Source of the DNA: Spirochaetota bacterium
GTDB taxonomy: Bacteria > Spirochaetota > UBA4802 > JAFGDQ01
Reading direction: 5' to 3'
Assembly (NCBI GenBank): GCA_043803405.1
Contig: JAZDKB010000010.1
Span: 64,001 to 128,000, forward strand
Length of the DNA stretch: 64,000 bases
Shown here: piece by piece, positions 42,922-52,342 of the stretch
How positions within the stretch are numbered: the first letter of the stretch is position 1
How the letters are laid out: the number at the start of each line of letters is the position of its first letter
The notes under the pieces: model-generated
Databases searched by the model: none
Seen by the model: the letters and a program-made list of their open reading frames with translations, nothing else
What the model was told of the DNA's origin: nothing
Made by a program: the position numbers and the translations under genes

Positions 42922-43140
42922 GTAAAACCTCCTCGTTATAAATATTAATATATAACGTTATCTTTTATTATATTAACCGCCGATAAACCGATGCGCATGG
43001 ATTTTCAGATATGAATAACATGGAATGATCCTTTAATAATTCTTGAAATAATTGATAAATATTCCATGCGACTTTTTATCTGCGGCTGAATAATTGCATT
43101 TAAATTAGTTATAACCTCCTTAATAATTATTATATATTCT

Positions 43141-44778
43141 CTATTGAGTTTGTTGAACCGGTTTTCTGTTGCTGTATAATTGATGAAGTATCTGCATCGT
43201 ATTCTGTAATGTCCAGTATAGAACAAGTCCGGACGGCATATTCCAGAATATCACAATGAACACAAGCGGCATAAGCATCATCATCTTTTGCTGCTGGCCG
43301 CTGCCCGCACTCGGCATCATTTTTTGCTGAATAAACGAAGTTGCTGTCATCAGGATAGGCAGAATATTTAAATTATAACCGAAAACCTGGGCTACAGTGT
43401 CCGGCATTGAAAGGTCCTTTATCCAGAAGATGAAAGGAGCCTGCCACAAATCTATCGAGTTAATGAGCGCGCTCCAGAGAGCGAAAAAGAACGGCATCTG
43501 GAGGATCAAAGGAAGACATCCTCCCATCGGATTAACCTTGTTGACCTTGTACATCTTCATCATTTCCTTATTAAGGAGTTCAGGCTTGCCTTTATATTTT
43601 TCTTTCAGTTCAGCCATTTTAGGGCTAAGTGCCTGCATTTTTTTCATGGAGTCCGTTGATTTTATCGTCAGCGGCAGCAGAACAATCTTGCTTAAAATGG
43701 AAAACACTACAAGCGACCAGCCGAAGTTTCCGAACAGAAGATTTATCTTCATAAGGCACCATAGCAAAAAGTCCCTGATCGGCTCAATCCACTTGCTTAC
43801 ATCCGCTGCGTCTTTTAAGCTTATATCAACAGCGGCAAGTTTATCCTTTTCTTTTTCTCCTGCATAAATCTTAAAGGATTTCGATAATTTTCCGCCCGGC
43901 TCCAGGTTTTTCGCATTAACATAGATTCCCGGCCTGTAACCTGTATGTTCCCTTGTGTCGCAAATAATACCGGTTCCGCTGAAATTTTCCGGCAGCATAA
44001 TTAAAAGAAAATACCGGCTCATTAAGCCTGCCCATTTAATATCCCCGCTTTCAGTTTTAAAGCTTTCGCCTTTTGAAAAAAATCCGCCGCCTTTTTCAAC
44101 TTTATTAAAATCGCCGTTATTATAATAAATAGGATTAAGTTTGTTGTATGTGCTTTCAAAATCCATATCAGGCCCAAGAAAATCGCCGGGTGAAATTATT
44201 ATTTGGCCGTTAGGGAACGATAAAGCCTTATTGCCGTAATTAACTATGTTATAATCCAGTTTAAAATAATCATTTTCTTTATAGAATGTGTATATTTTTT
44301 CAAGCAGGATGGGTTTCCCGTTTAATAATAAATTAGTGGAGAACTTAATTACATTTTCCGAAATCTTTCTGTGATCCCATATAACGTTATCAAGCGGGTT
44401 TTCATGCATAAATTCTTCTTTGCTGAAGTATACGGAAAAATCGAATACACCCTTTGCCTTGAACTTATTTTTTGGAACAACAAGCTCTACGTTTCTTCCT
44501 TTGTATTTAAAGCTTTTAATTACGCCGCCCCTGTTTGAAAGAGTAACAGAATATTTATCCGTAACCGTATCTATTAAGGTTTCATTATTTGCATTCTGAT
44601 TTACTACTTTTATTTCGCTTAATGTGTCTTTAGCCTGTTTTTCGACTGTCTGTTTTTGAGTTGCGCTTTCTTTCGTTTCCTGTACGGTCGGTGTCGGAGC
44701 CGGAGCAAAAAACTTCATCCAGACAAACCATACTCCGATTGAAAGTAAAACTGCCAAGATCATTTTTTTAACGTCCAT
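43141..44778 (-). CDS. yidC: Membrane protein insertase
   Basis: NFGWSL, SMKKMQ, NPMGGCLP, QMP, WIKDLS, PSGLVLYW. Confidence 0.96.
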   Translation of the reverse strand: MDVKKMILAVLLSIGVWFVWMKFFAPAPTPTVQETKESATQKQTVEKQAKDTLSEIKVVNQNANNETLIDTVTDKYSVTLSNRGGVIKSFKYKGRNVELVVPKNKFKAKGVFDFSVYFSKEEFMHENPLDNVIWDHRKISENVIKFSTNLLLNGKPILLEKIYTFYKENDYFKLDYNIVNYGNKALSFPNGQIIISPGDFLGPDMDFESTYNKLNPIYYNNGDFNKVEKGGGFFSKGESFKTESGDIKWAGLMSRYFLLIMLPENFSGTGIICDTREHTGYRPGIYVNAKNLEPGGKLSKSFKIYAGEKEKDKLAAVDISLKDAADVSKWIEPIRDFLLWCLMKINLLFGNFGWSLVVFSILSKIVLLPLTIKSTDSMKKMQALSPKMAELKEKYKGKPELLNKEMMKMYKVNKVNPMGGCLPLILQMPFFFALWSALINSIDLWQAPFIFWIKDLSMPDTVAQVFGYNLNILPILMTATSFIQQKMMPSAGSGQQQKMMMLMPLVFIVIFWNMPSGLVLYWTLQNTMQILHQLYSNRKPVQQTQ

Positions 44779-44962
44779 TGTTCTTTCCTTGAATAATATT
44801 AATTTTAAATGAATTCTGTATAAAAATGTATCCTATGAAAAATAATTTTAATAATTAAAAATTCTCCTGTTTTACAGAATATATACAGTCCAAATAATAA
44901 CTGATTTAGCAAGATAATAGCAAAGAAGTGAAAAGATACAATCTTGAGGCTGCATCAGCAGG

Positions 44963-45193
44963 TCAGGGTAGGTCGTACCCTCCGTCACAAAACGGATGAC
45001 ACCGCATAATTCGTTTAAAAGATAAAAATAAACCTTTTAAAAGTCCATGTTTCTTTAGCGCTAATATGGCATAAGAAGAACATGAAGGATAAAATCTGCA
45101 GGAAGAAGGTAAATATGGAGATAAGAATATTTTATATATTTTAATAGTGCCGATTAAAAGCAATGTAGCTGAATAATTAATTATTTTTAACAT
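44963..45193 (-). CDS. yidD: Membrane protein insertion efficiency factor
   Basis: CRFYPSCSSY, RIMRCHPF, GGYD; synteny. Confidence 0.93.
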   Translation of the reverse strand: MLKIINYSATLLLIGTIKIYKIFLSPYLPSSCRFYPSCSSYAILALKKHGLLKGLFLSFKRIMRCHPFCDGGYDLP

Positions 45194-45567
45194 AAAGTAC
45201 TAATGATCCCGGCCCTTTTAAATATATACTTAATAACTTTTATTAATTCTTCAAATCTTAGATTTTTAAAATTTTCCAGAGGCCGAATTATTATATAAAA
45301 ATTGCTTTCTACTCCCTGAAGTAATTCATCGCACGCAGCCCTTATTCGTCTTTTAGCCAGGTTCCTTTTAACTGAATTTCCGTATTTTCTCTGAATTTGT
45401 ATTCCCACTTTTATGTGATTTAAAGGAGTATCATTATTATTTAAAAAATCTTTTTTATTAATAACATAATAAACGATTACTTGTAATTCTCTCTCGTAAA
45501 ACCTTTTTCCTTTTTTTATAACCTCCCGAAATACCTTTTTCCCTTTTAAAGATTGATATCTTTTCAC
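45187..45567 (-). CDS. rnpA: RNase P protein component
   Basis: KYGNSVKRNLAKRRIR (RNR-motif variant); GTG start; located between rpmH and yidD. Confidence 0.9.
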   Translation of the reverse strand: MKRYQSLKGKKVFREVIKKGKRFYERELQVIVYYVINKKDFLNNNDTPLNHIKVGIQIQRKYGNSVKRNLAKRRIRAACDELLQGVESNFYIIIRPLENFKNLRFEELIKVIKYIFKRAGIISTLC

Positions 45568-45571
45568 AAGA

Positions 45572-45727
45572 TTATATCTTTACTTTGTCATCTGAGACTG
45601 TTAATCTATATCTTCCTTTTCTCCTTCTTCTTTTTAAAACTTCTCTGCCTTCCGGGGTACTCATTCTTGCCAGGAAACCATGTCTCCTGTTTTTCTTGAT
45701 GTTGCTCGGTTGAAATGTCCTTTTCAT
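45572..45727 (-). CDS. rpmH: 50S ribosomal protein L34 (51 aa, absent from the ORF track)
   Basis: Hand translation [51 protein letters not shown]. Confidence 0.97.
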   Translation of the reverse strand: MKRTFQPSNIKKNRRHGFLARMSTPEGREVLKRRRRKGRYRLTVSDDKVKI

Positions 45728-45958
45728 CTGCTTATCCTTTTATATAATATATATCTAAAAACAATATTTTCTAATTAATATAGTTAATGAAATTATAATT
45801 TTTAAAAAAAATGCCATATTTTAAATTAATTTAAAGGGCTTACTAGTAAAATAGACATGGCATTTATTGTCAATACTATTTTTTAATAAAAATGTTGTCT
45901 TAGAGGCGTCCAGGGATATTTATTTAAGTTTTAATAATAAAATATTTTTCCTGGTCTT

Positions 45959-46729
45959 TTACAGTATAAAGAGCCAGAAAACTATTGATAGAATGATCCT
46001 GTATATCCCGAATGAAATAAAAGTGTGACTTTCGATAAATTTGAGCAGCCATTTAACGCTGAGAAATGCGAAGATAAAAGAAAGGACAAATCCGGTCGAA
46101 AGAACGGATATTTGATCCATGGAGAAGTCGCCTGCGTTTTTATAAAGATCCAGGCAGGTAGCTGCAAGCATGGTTGGTACGGCGAGCAGGAAAGAAAATT
46201 CAACAATAGTTTTTCTTTTTATGCCAAGCATTAATCCGCCAATAATTGTGGCTGCGGAACGTGAAACTCCGGGAATCATTGCAATAGATTGAAAGATGCC
46301 TATAATAACTGCTTTGCCGTAAGGGATACTGGCAAGATCGTCAACTGAATCATCTTTCTCTTTATGAAGCAGCTCAAATACAATAAGGGCAATTCCGCCC
46401 AGGAACAAACTCCAGAGTATAAGCGTTGTATTGGTTAAAAGATAACGCTTTACTATCTTATAAAAAATAAGCCCCAGAATTCCGGTGGGGATAAAAGCCG
46501 CCGCTACGCGGGCAAATATTCTACGATCGACCAGCAGTTTGCGCCAGTATATGGCTACTATTGAAAGTATAGCTGCAAACTGAATAGTAATTTCGAAGGT
46601 TTTCATAAACTCAGTCTGCTGGACTTTCAGCACTTCAGCTGTAAGTACAAGGTGACCGGTGGATGAAATAGGAAGAAATTCAGTAATGCCTTCCACTATT
46701 GCCATTATTAGCGTCTGGAACAGGTTCAT
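45959..46729 (-). CDS. uppP: Undecaprenyl-diphosphatase
   Basis: VEGITEFLPISSTGHL, PGVSRSAATI, EFSFLLAVP; ATG 46729 preferred over TTG 46765. Confidence 0.95.
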   Translation of the reverse strand: MNLFQTLIMAIVEGITEFLPISSTGHLVLTAEVLKVQQTEFMKTFEITIQFAAILSIVAIYWRKLLVDRRIFARVAAAFIPTGILGLIFYKIVKRYLLTNTTLILWSLFLGGIALIVFELLHKEKDDSVDDLASIPYGKAVIIGIFQSIAMIPGVSRSAATIIGGLMLGIKRKTIVEFSFLLAVPTMLAATCLDLYKNAGDFSMDQISVLSTGFVLSFIFAFLSVKWLLKFIESHTFISFGIYRIILSIVFWLFIL

Positions 46730-46945
46730 GTGAAACAATATTTCTTTAATGCTGCAGGTTGTCAAAACTTTTTAGTATATGATGAAGTAAAATAGTAGAA
46801 CTCATCTTAACAATAACCTGTGCTTTGCTCCTCAGGTTTCGGATATTTATTTAAAGAAGATTCGCTCTTTTATATATCTTACTTGATTTTTAATTGAATT
46901 TTTTAAACCGGATATTAGTTTATAGCAAATTTAGCCGGGGGTTAT

Positions 46946-48337
46946 ATGCAGGGATTACATGATATTATTATATGGCTGAACGGATATTTATGGGGCCCGC
47001 CGATGCTCATCATTCTATTCGGCATTCATATTTTTCTGACTATAAGGCTGCGTTTTATCCAGCGCTACATCCCGCTTGCAATAAAATTATCATTTAAAAG
47101 GGAAAAAGAAGGAAGCGGCGACATAAGCCAGTTCGGGGCATTGACTACTGCGCTTGCCGCGACCATTGGGACAGGGAATATTGTGGGAGTTGCTACTGCC
47201 GTTGCCCTGGGCGGTCCCGGCGCTGTTCTCTGGTGCTGGCTTACGGGCGTGTTCGGGATTGCGACAAAATACGGCGAGGCTGTGCTTGCTGTCAAATACA
47301 GGGAAAAAACCTCTGACGGCACAATGCTTGGAGGTCCCATGTATGCACTTGCAAAAGGCCTTAACGCGAAATGGCTTGCCGTACTGTTCTGCATATTCAC
47401 CGCGATTGCTGCTTTTGGAATAGGCAACATGGTACAGGCTAATTCTATTGCGGTAATGGTAAATGAAACATTCAATATATCGCCGTATATTACAGGCACT
47501 TTGATGACTGTTACAGTGGCTGTAGTAATTCTGGGCGGCATACGTTCTATCGCATCAGTATGCGAAAAGCTGGTGCCATTCATGGCTTTATTCTATATTA
47601 TCGGGTGCGGGATAATACTCGTTATAAACGTATCCGTGCTGCCGCAAACAATTGCGCTTATTGTGAAATCCGCGTTTACTCCCCAGGCAGCCGGTGGCGG
47701 TTTTGTCGGCGCCTCAGTAATGATGGCTGCGAGATTCGGCATTGCGCGCGGGCTTTTCTCGAACGAGTCTGGCCTCGGATCTGCGCCAATAGTGGCAGCA
47801 GCAGCGCAAACCAGGAATCCGGTACGGCAGGCGCTTGTATCCTCAACCGGGACTTTCTGGGACACGGTTATAGTATGCGCAATGACAGGGCTTGTTATTG
47901 TAAGCGAGGTCATTCTTTCTCCATCGGAACTTGGAGGGCTTACAGGGGCAGCTCTTACAAAAGGCGCTTTTTCCAGGATACCTGTCATAGGGCCAATTGT
48001 GCTAACAGGCGGCCTGCTTACTTTCGTTTTCTCCACAATACTCGGCTGGTCGTATTACGGAGAACGCGCTGTAGAGTACCTTGCAGGCAAAGGAGGCATA
48101 AAGCCTTACCGTGTCCTGTGGGTAATCGCGGTCTTTATAGGCTCGGTCGCAACGCTCCCGCTCGTGTGGGATTTTGCGGATGCAATGAATGCGCTAATGG
48201 CCTTACCCAACATTATTTCTCTGATCCTTCTAAGCGGTATTATTGTTAAAGAGACAAGGAAGTATTTATGGAACGGTAATATTGAAACAGGTTATGAGTC
48301 AGGTTCTTATATGGAAATAGTTCCTGAAGAAGATTAA
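46946..48337 (+). CDS. Alanine/glycine:cation symporter (AGCS family)
   Basis: TIGTGNIVGVA, GGPGA, GGPMY, RGLFSNESGLGS, GWSYYGE. Confidence 0.94.
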   Translation: MQGLHDIIIWLNGYLWGPPMLIILFGIHIFLTIRLRFIQRYIPLAIKLSFKREKEGSGDISQFGALTTALAATIGTGNIVGVATAVALGGPGAVLWCWLTGVFGIATKYGEAVLAVKYREKTSDGTMLGGPMYALAKGLNAKWLAVLFCIFTAIAAFGIGNMVQANSIAVMVNETFNISPYITGTLMTVTVAVVILGGIRSIASVCEKLVPFMALFYIIGCGIILVINVSVLPQTIALIVKSAFTPQAAGGGFVGASVMMAARFGIARGLFSNESGLGSAPIVAAAAQTRNPVRQALVSSTGTFWDTVIVCAMTGLVIVSEVILSPSELGGLTGAALTKGAFSRIPVIGPIVLTGGLLTFVFSTILGWSYYGERAVEYLAGKGGIKPYRVLWVIAVFIGSVATLPLVWDFADAMNALMALPNIISLILLSGIIVKETRKYLWNGNIETGYESGSYMEIVPEED

Positions 48338-49356
48338 TTTAAAATCCTGCCCATGTAAACATACCGGTCCCCAACGAGCTGTCCGGAAGAAACATCCTTA
48401 AGGGCTTTGCCGATCTTCTCTTTGAATGTAATAATACGTACGCGGTTTACGTCCATGGTCGCTTCTATTGCGCTGTCGCCTCCTGTGAAAATCATAACAT
48501 GAGTGATCTTCTTTGGATCGTCTTTTTTAGCAAGAAAAACAAGGTCGCCGGGTTTAATTTCCGGATATGTGATCTGTCTGCATTTCATGAACTGCTCGCC
48601 TGCGTCGCGCGGTATGTTCACGCCGTTGGCCCTGAAAGCCAGATCAACAAGCCCTGAGCAGTCAACGCCCGAAGGATGCTCTTTATCATAAGGTCTGTGT
48701 CCGGCCCGTCCTCCCCAGAAATAGGGTTCGTCAACGAATTGCAAAGCTGTTTTAATTATATTGTCTCTTAAAATGTTTTCATCAGTTATTTTTTTTGCCA
48801 TCACCCGGATATCGTTCATCGGAACCCATGCCTTCCCTCCTCCGACTTTCCGTACACACACCATAATCCCATCGCGGGCTATTACAGGAAGCCTTGCTCC
48901 AAGAGGAACTTCTTTATATGTGCTGGTTTCTGAATCATTTTCAAAGAATTTTGCGTAACGCTTGATAATAATGGCGTTCGTTTTATAATTTGCAGGTTTA
49001 AGCGCTAAATGTTTTGTCTGCACCCAGCCTGGATAGCCCTCCCATCTGCTGCGGCGGAAATACTGGAGCTGCTCAACGGCCTCCACGCGCGACCACTTGC
49101 CTTTTGTCCCGAACACAAGGACTTCTTCTCCGTAGATCAGCTGGGACTCCTCCAGTTCGTCCGCTTCATAAGGAAGTGCTGAAGCATTTTTCAGAGAAGG
49201 AAGCTGCGGCTCACGGCGCAGATCAGTTACAGGTACAGATACAAGATAAGAAATTCCTTTCGTGTTTTCATCAGCCGGCAATGACCGGCTGCCAAAAAGA
49301 CACAAGCCGGCAATAACGAATAAGCTGGTCAGCAATTTATATTTTGATATTCTCAT
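48334..49356 (-). CDS. SH3 + NlpC/P60 peptidoglycan peptidase (YkfC-like)
   Basis: Signal peptide, SQLIYGE...YPGWV, PYFWGG, DCSGL, PRDA, PGDLVF, HV. Confidence 0.88.
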   Translation of the reverse strand: MRISKYKLLTSLFVIAGLCLFGSRSLPADENTKGISYLVSVPVTDLRREPQLPSLKNASALPYEADELEESQLIYGEEVLVFGTKGKWSRVEAVEQLQYFRRSRWEGYPGWVQTKHLALKPANYKTNAIIIKRYAKFFENDSETSTYKEVPLGARLPVIARDGIMVCVRKVGGGKAWVPMNDIRVMAKKITDENILRDNIIKTALQFVDEPYFWGGRAGHRPYDKEHPSGVDCSGLVDLAFRANGVNIPRDAGEQFMKCRQITYPEIKPGDLVFLAKKDDPKKITHVMIFTGGDSAIEATMDVNRVRIITFKEKIGKALKDVSSGQLVGDRYVYMGRILN

Positions 49357-49626
49357 TACAGTTTATTTATAATATTCATTCAATTAAATATTCTTAATGC
49401 AAAACAAATAACATATATTATCGCAGAAGATACTCAGACCATAACAGGTGTAACATTTATTCATACAAATCTAAAATAATAAGTTTTAATAAAGTCAATT
49501 ATCATTTAAAATAATTTTATTAAAATAATATTTGACACAGCCTTTGTAGCAACACACTTTTTCTTAAAGTAAAAAATAGAATAATCATTTTATCCTTTAT
49601 ATTAAATTTCAGCAAGGTGATCAGTT

Positions 49627-49770
49627 ATGGACAAATGGACTTTTGGAATTACAATGCTGGTTGTAGGCATGGGAGGGACAATTGCGACTCTAATGCTGTT
49701 CAGTATTATTATGTTTTTATTAAAAAAAATTTTTCCTTACCGCAAAGAAGAAGAAAAGGAAACAGAATAG
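49627..49770 (+). CDS. OadG-like small membrane subunit (47 aa, absent from the ORF track)
   Basis: Hand translation MDKWTFGITMLVVGMGGTIATLMLFSIIMFLLKKIFPYRKEEEKETE; single TM with GM motif, AAGGTGA RBS, directly upstream of the beta subunit. Confidence 0.8.
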   Translation: MDKWTFGITMLVVGMGGTIATLMLFSIIMFLLKKIFPYRKEEEKETE

Positions 49771-49807
49771 AATTAAATCATAAATAAAACAAAACGGAGA
49801 AATAAAA

Positions 49808-50947
49808 ATGGCAGACGCTTTATTAAGCGGATTATACGGTCTTACTGCAGGGTTTATGAACCTGCAATGGTCGAATATACTGATGATAGTAGTCGGCTGT
49901 ATGCTGCTTTATCTCGGTATTAAGAAGGATTTTGAACCTTTGCTCCTTGTTCCGATCGGATTCGGCTGCATTCTGGTTAATATACCATTGGCTGATCTTA
50001 TGGTTGGGGATGGTTTTTTAAAGATTATTTATGATGCAGGCGTTATTACTGAATTATTTCCGCTTTTAATTTTTATCGGGATAGGCGCTATGACGGATTT
50101 CGGTCCTGTTCTTGAAAATCCATATACGTTCCTTTTAGGTGCCGCAGGGCAATTCGGGATATTTTTAACATTGTTCCTCGCACTTGCGATCGGGTTTCCT
50201 TATAAAGATGCAGTTACGATCGGAATAATCGGCGCCTGCGACGGGCCTACTGTAATCTATGTAGCATCCAAATACGCGCCCCATCTGCTCGGCGCAGTAT
50301 CAGTTGCAGCTTATTCGTATATGTCCCTTGTGCCAATGCTTCAGCCGCCAGTAATGAGAGCTTTAACAACAAAGAAAGAACGTGAAACTATAATGAAGAC
50401 TCAGCACAGAACAGTTTCAAAAACAACGAAGCTTCTTTTCCCGATCGTTATTACGATTGTCGGCGGTCTTATAGCTCCAAAGGGATTGCCGCTTTTAGGA
50501 ACAATTATGCTGGGCAATCTTATGCGTGAGTCCGGTGCTGTCGGCAGGCTTGTAAAGGCGTCGGAAAACGAAATAGCCAACATTGTTACGCTGTTTCTTG
50601 GTATATCCATAGGCGCTACAATGAGCGGTCCGGTATTTGTGCAGAAAACGACACTCATTATACTTGTTCTTGGTCTTATTGCAATTATTCTGGATACGGC
50701 CTGCGGAGTGCTTTTCGGAAAACTGCTGTATGTCATAACCCGCGGTAAGGTAAATCCGCTTATCGGGGCTGCGGGTATTTCAGCATTCCCAATGTCGGCA
50801 CGTGTAGTGCAGAAGGAAGGCCAGAAGTACAACAAGAAAAGCTTTTTGTTGATGCATGCCATGGGCGCGAATGCAGGCGGACAGGTTGGCTCTATAATGG
50901 CTGCTGCTGTAATGCTCTCTGTATTAAAAGGTATTGGTATTATCTGA
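49808..50947 (+). CDS. Na+-translocating decarboxylase beta subunit (OadB/GcdB/MmdB family)
   Basis: EPLLLVPIGFG, GIGAMTDFGP, IGIIGACDGPT, AAYSYM, NPLIGAAGISAFPMSAR, HAMG. Confidence 0.94.
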   Translation: MADALLSGLYGLTAGFMNLQWSNILMIVVGCMLLYLGIKKDFEPLLLVPIGFGCILVNIPLADLMVGDGFLKIIYDAGVITELFPLLIFIGIGAMTDFGPVLENPYTFLLGAAGQFGIFLTLFLALAIGFPYKDAVTIGIIGACDGPTVIYVASKYAPHLLGAVSVAAYSYMSLVPMLQPPVMRALTTKKERETIMKTQHRTVSKTTKLLFPIVITIVGGLIAPKGLPLLGTIMLGNLMRESGAVGRLVKASENEIANIVTLFLGISIGATMSGPVFVQKTTLIILVLGLIAIILDTACGVLFGKLLYVITRGKVNPLIGAAGISAFPMSARVVQKEGQKYNKKSFLLMHAMGANAGGQVGSIMAAAVMLSVLKGIGII

Positions 50948-50970
50948 TTCGGCAGCAAAGATAGATATAA

Positions 50971-51014
50971 AATAACCGGTAGAGATGCGGTTTATTGTGT
51001 CTCTACTGGTTATT
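50971..51014. repeat. REP-like palindrome copy C, overlapping a stop codon
   Basis: AATAACCGGTAGAGATGC-GGTTTATT-GTGTCTCTACTGGTTATT. Confidence 0.75.
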
Positions 51015-51386
51015 CTCCTTATTATCCAAATTCTCCTTTTTATCTTTATGCCTCAAATCCGGATCTATTCTTCTTATCCCCATAAATATTAAAATAACGC
51101 TAAGGGCAAGAAAAAGCCTGTAAGGTATTGTCTCGGGCACAATGTTCATAAAATTGAAGGATCTCTTTTCCTGCACTTTATTTTTATCTGCCGGAATGCC
51201 GGGTTCGGCTGTTTTATTTCTTATTCTGACCGATATATCCAGGGCATTATCTAAAAGGCTTCTATCTTTGGAATAACCTGTTAAAAAAGGAGCGCCTGCA
51301 AGTGAAATGCAAATACCGATAATAATAAATATTATGCCGATTGTTTTTTGTTTATTCATATATTTAACGCTTAAAGCAAAAACCAT
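51003..51386 (-). CDS. Hypothetical two-TM membrane protein
   Basis: Two hydrophobic segments; the start may be ATG 51359. Confidence 0.7.
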   Translation of the reverse strand: MVFALSVKYMNKQKTIGIIFIIIGICISLAGAPFLTGYSKDRSLLDNALDISVRIRNKTAEPGIPADKNKVQEKRSFNFMNIVPETIPYRLFLALSVILIFMGIRRIDPDLRHKDKKENLDNKENNQ

Positions 51387-51479
51387 CCTTAACTAATTAT
51401 ATTGAAATCTCGATATTTAGCAAACTAAAAGTCAATAATATTTTCTAAACAAAATATGAAAACATAATAATATTGATAA

Positions 51480-52136
51480 TTAATCAAAATAAGAATCTTC
51501 CCAGAAATCTTCTTTTATAAAAAGATTATTCTGCTTCCACATTATTATGCCCATTTTTGTGAGCCGCATAATAAGCCTTGAAAAAGTCTCAGGTATCGTG
51601 CCTATCGCGGATGCTATATCCTTTTTCGGGATAGTGATATTATACTGGTATCTTTTGCCGTAATTATCAATTAAAAACTTAAAGAACCTGTCTTCGACAT
51701 CATGGGACGACATAAAATGAATCCGGTCTGTCAGGTATCGCAATTTTTCAAATACAGCGCCAATAAAAATATTCCTTGATTCAGGATTGTCGATCATGGA
51801 CCAGAAAGAATCGCGGTGAATTGCGATTATTTCCGACAATTCCGTTGCTGTGGCGCTGGCGGGATAATGGCTTCTGCCGAAAAGAATTGCTTCTGCAAAA
51901 AATTCTCCCGGATTGATAATCTTTATGGTGCTCTCCTTGCCGTCGTAGGATGTTTTATAAACGCGTATGTTGCCTTTAAGCAAAATATAAAAGAACGATC
52001 CTTCAAAACCTTCGCTGAATAAAGTTTCCTTCTGTTCAAGCGTTCTGTGAATTGCGTTTTTAGACAGAGCAGACAATGCCTGTGCGTTCAGATTTTTAAA
52101 CAGGTCAAGATTTTTTAGCGATTTTATTGCATCCAT
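51480..52136 (-). CDS. hcpR: Crp/Fnr family regulator, HcpR-like
   Basis: cNMP-like domain (LFSEG, PGEFFAE, YPASA), HTH IASAIGTIPETFSR; divergent from hcp. Confidence 0.8.
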   Translation of the reverse strand: MDAIKSLKNLDLFKNLNAQALSALSKNAIHRTLEQKETLFSEGFEGSFFYILLKGNIRVYKTSYDGKESTIKIINPGEFFAEAILFGRSHYPASATATELSEIIAIHRDSFWSMIDNPESRNIFIGAVFEKLRYLTDRIHFMSSHDVEDRFFKFLIDNYGKRYQYNITIPKKDIASAIGTIPETFSRLIMRLTKMGIIMWKQNNLFIKEDFWEDSYFD

Positions 52137-52189
52137 AATTGTTCCATAACAAATTTCTTTTAATTCAAATATTTAAATAAATTCCACTC

Positions 52190-52203
52190 TTGACTTATGT
52201 CAA
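52190..52203. promoter_or_regulatory. Fnr/HcpR-type binding site
   Basis: TTGAC-TTAT-GTCAA, about 20 bp upstream of the extended -10 TGtTACATT (52222-52230) facing hcp. Confidence 0.75.
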
Positions 52204-52342
52204 TGAGTAATTTTTACAACATGTTACATTATAATTATAAAAATGATTGTTCTGAAATGATTATATAGGATATAATAATAAAATATCTCCGAACGATTAT
52301 TTTTAAATATTATACAAATTATAATTTTCAGGAGAAAAAAAT

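Noticed and set aside
43005..43226. 73-aa minus-strand ORF between yidC and jag
   Set aside because: It starts inside yidC in another frame, with no motif and no RBS at its start.
45728..45958. Possible oriC upstream of rpmH
   Set aside because: AT-rich, but no DnaA-box cluster is visible and dnaA is not adjacent.
46766..46945. Glycine riboswitch upstream of the AGCS symporter
   Set aside because: Only an isolated CTCAGG; the GGAGA...CCGAAG aptamer elements are absent.
47065..48249. Long alternative-frame and antisense ORFs within the AGCS gene (likewise within thiG, the KS gene, oadB and ppdK)
   Set aside because: Typical shadow ORFs of conserved genes with no protein motifs.
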